64,000 bases of DNA, taken from NCBI GenBank assembly GCA_051530055.1, contig CM121343.1, positions 5,302,389-5,366,388 of the forward strand, in the 5' to 3' direction. The stretch is from Neoechinorhynchus agilis (taxonomy: Eukaryota > Animalia > Acanthocephala). Under the pieces are notes generated by a model. The model saw nothing but the letters and a program-made list of their open reading frames with translations. It was not told the origin of the DNA and did not search any database. Positions 63,400-64,000 of this stretch are shown in pieces; position 1 is the first letter of the stretch; every line of letters begins with the position of its first letter. Both the position numbers and the translations under genes were made by a program.

Positions 63400-64000
63400 G
63401 AATTGGGATTACGAGTGCTGTGTTCATTTGAAAAGGGAAATAAAATGTGGTAAAAACTGCCGTGGTGGTGGTGATGATGATGAGGTTGATGGCCGTTTTG
63501 ATTGTTGGATGAAAATTTTATAATGGCATTTGGTGAGCGGGGAAATCAACTGTGCAAATTTTAGAAGCTCGTTATGAAACGTTTCAAGGCAACGGATTTG
63601 TGATTGGGAAAGGTTGCAAAATACGGAATAGCCGTAGGTGAGGGAGGGTAAAATAAAGCTGAAGTAAAATTTGTAGAGATCGGAAGAAGGGAATCCTAAA
63701 TGTCGGAGGCGTTTGAAAATATAAATTTTAACGGTATTGCGCTCGATGGGGAGTTTGCTGAGCGAGTCCCATTTCAAGTTTGATTGAAATTAGAGACCCA
63801 AAATTCTGAGGGTGGCGACTTGTTGGATGTCATTCAGAAGCTCAGGGGATGATGTGGGGTTGCGGGAGAATAAAGGGAGCATTTTGAAGCATTTAGAGAA
63901 ATTCAGGTGGGGTTTGCGATCGTTGCAGAAATAATTTATGTGTGTGATTTCGTTAGCGGTTAAGGAGAGGGAGTTGAGTGATAAGGCTGAGATCGTCGGC
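63400..64000 (-). mobile_element. LINE RT C-terminal relic
   Basis: ADDL, LNASKC, LRILGL..NLKWD, IFKRLRHLGF..LYKFYFSFILPSLTYG. Confidence 0.8.

Overview
Eukaryotic window from a compact animal genome. This is an inference from the FGFR and KChIP/NCS genes and the short, mostly 30-90 nt, GT-AG introns. Host genes: aftiphilin-like, FGFR-like RTK, Miro GTPase (plus a recent truncated inverted copy), C2H2 zinc finger, SURF4, RBX2/RBX1-like RING-H2, class I SAM methyltransferase, DNAJC2/zuotin, NDC80, SNF2-family helicase and KChIP-like calcium sensor. They are mixed with relics of LINE, CRE-clade and Penelope retroelements and a 200-bp tandem array. Main observation: four conserved genes (ZnF, DNAJC2 twice, NDC80, SNF2), and probably the aftiphilin-like gene, are split by 160-900 bp insertions containing in-frame stops. 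The insertions are bounded by short direct repeats containing TA (TAA in gene sense in four of five) and lined by element-specific imperfect inverted repeats. Removing each from TA to TA, leaving one TA, rebuilds conserved motifs (F-K-C-N-K-C, GLGLNL-TAADT, MERKAIEK). The nearest GT-AG splice options delete conserved residues or break the frame. This points to an undescribed precise-excision system, either IES-like programmed DNA elimination or non-canonical stem-guided introns. It is inference until tested with reads. Homology calls rest on recalled family motifs, not database searches.
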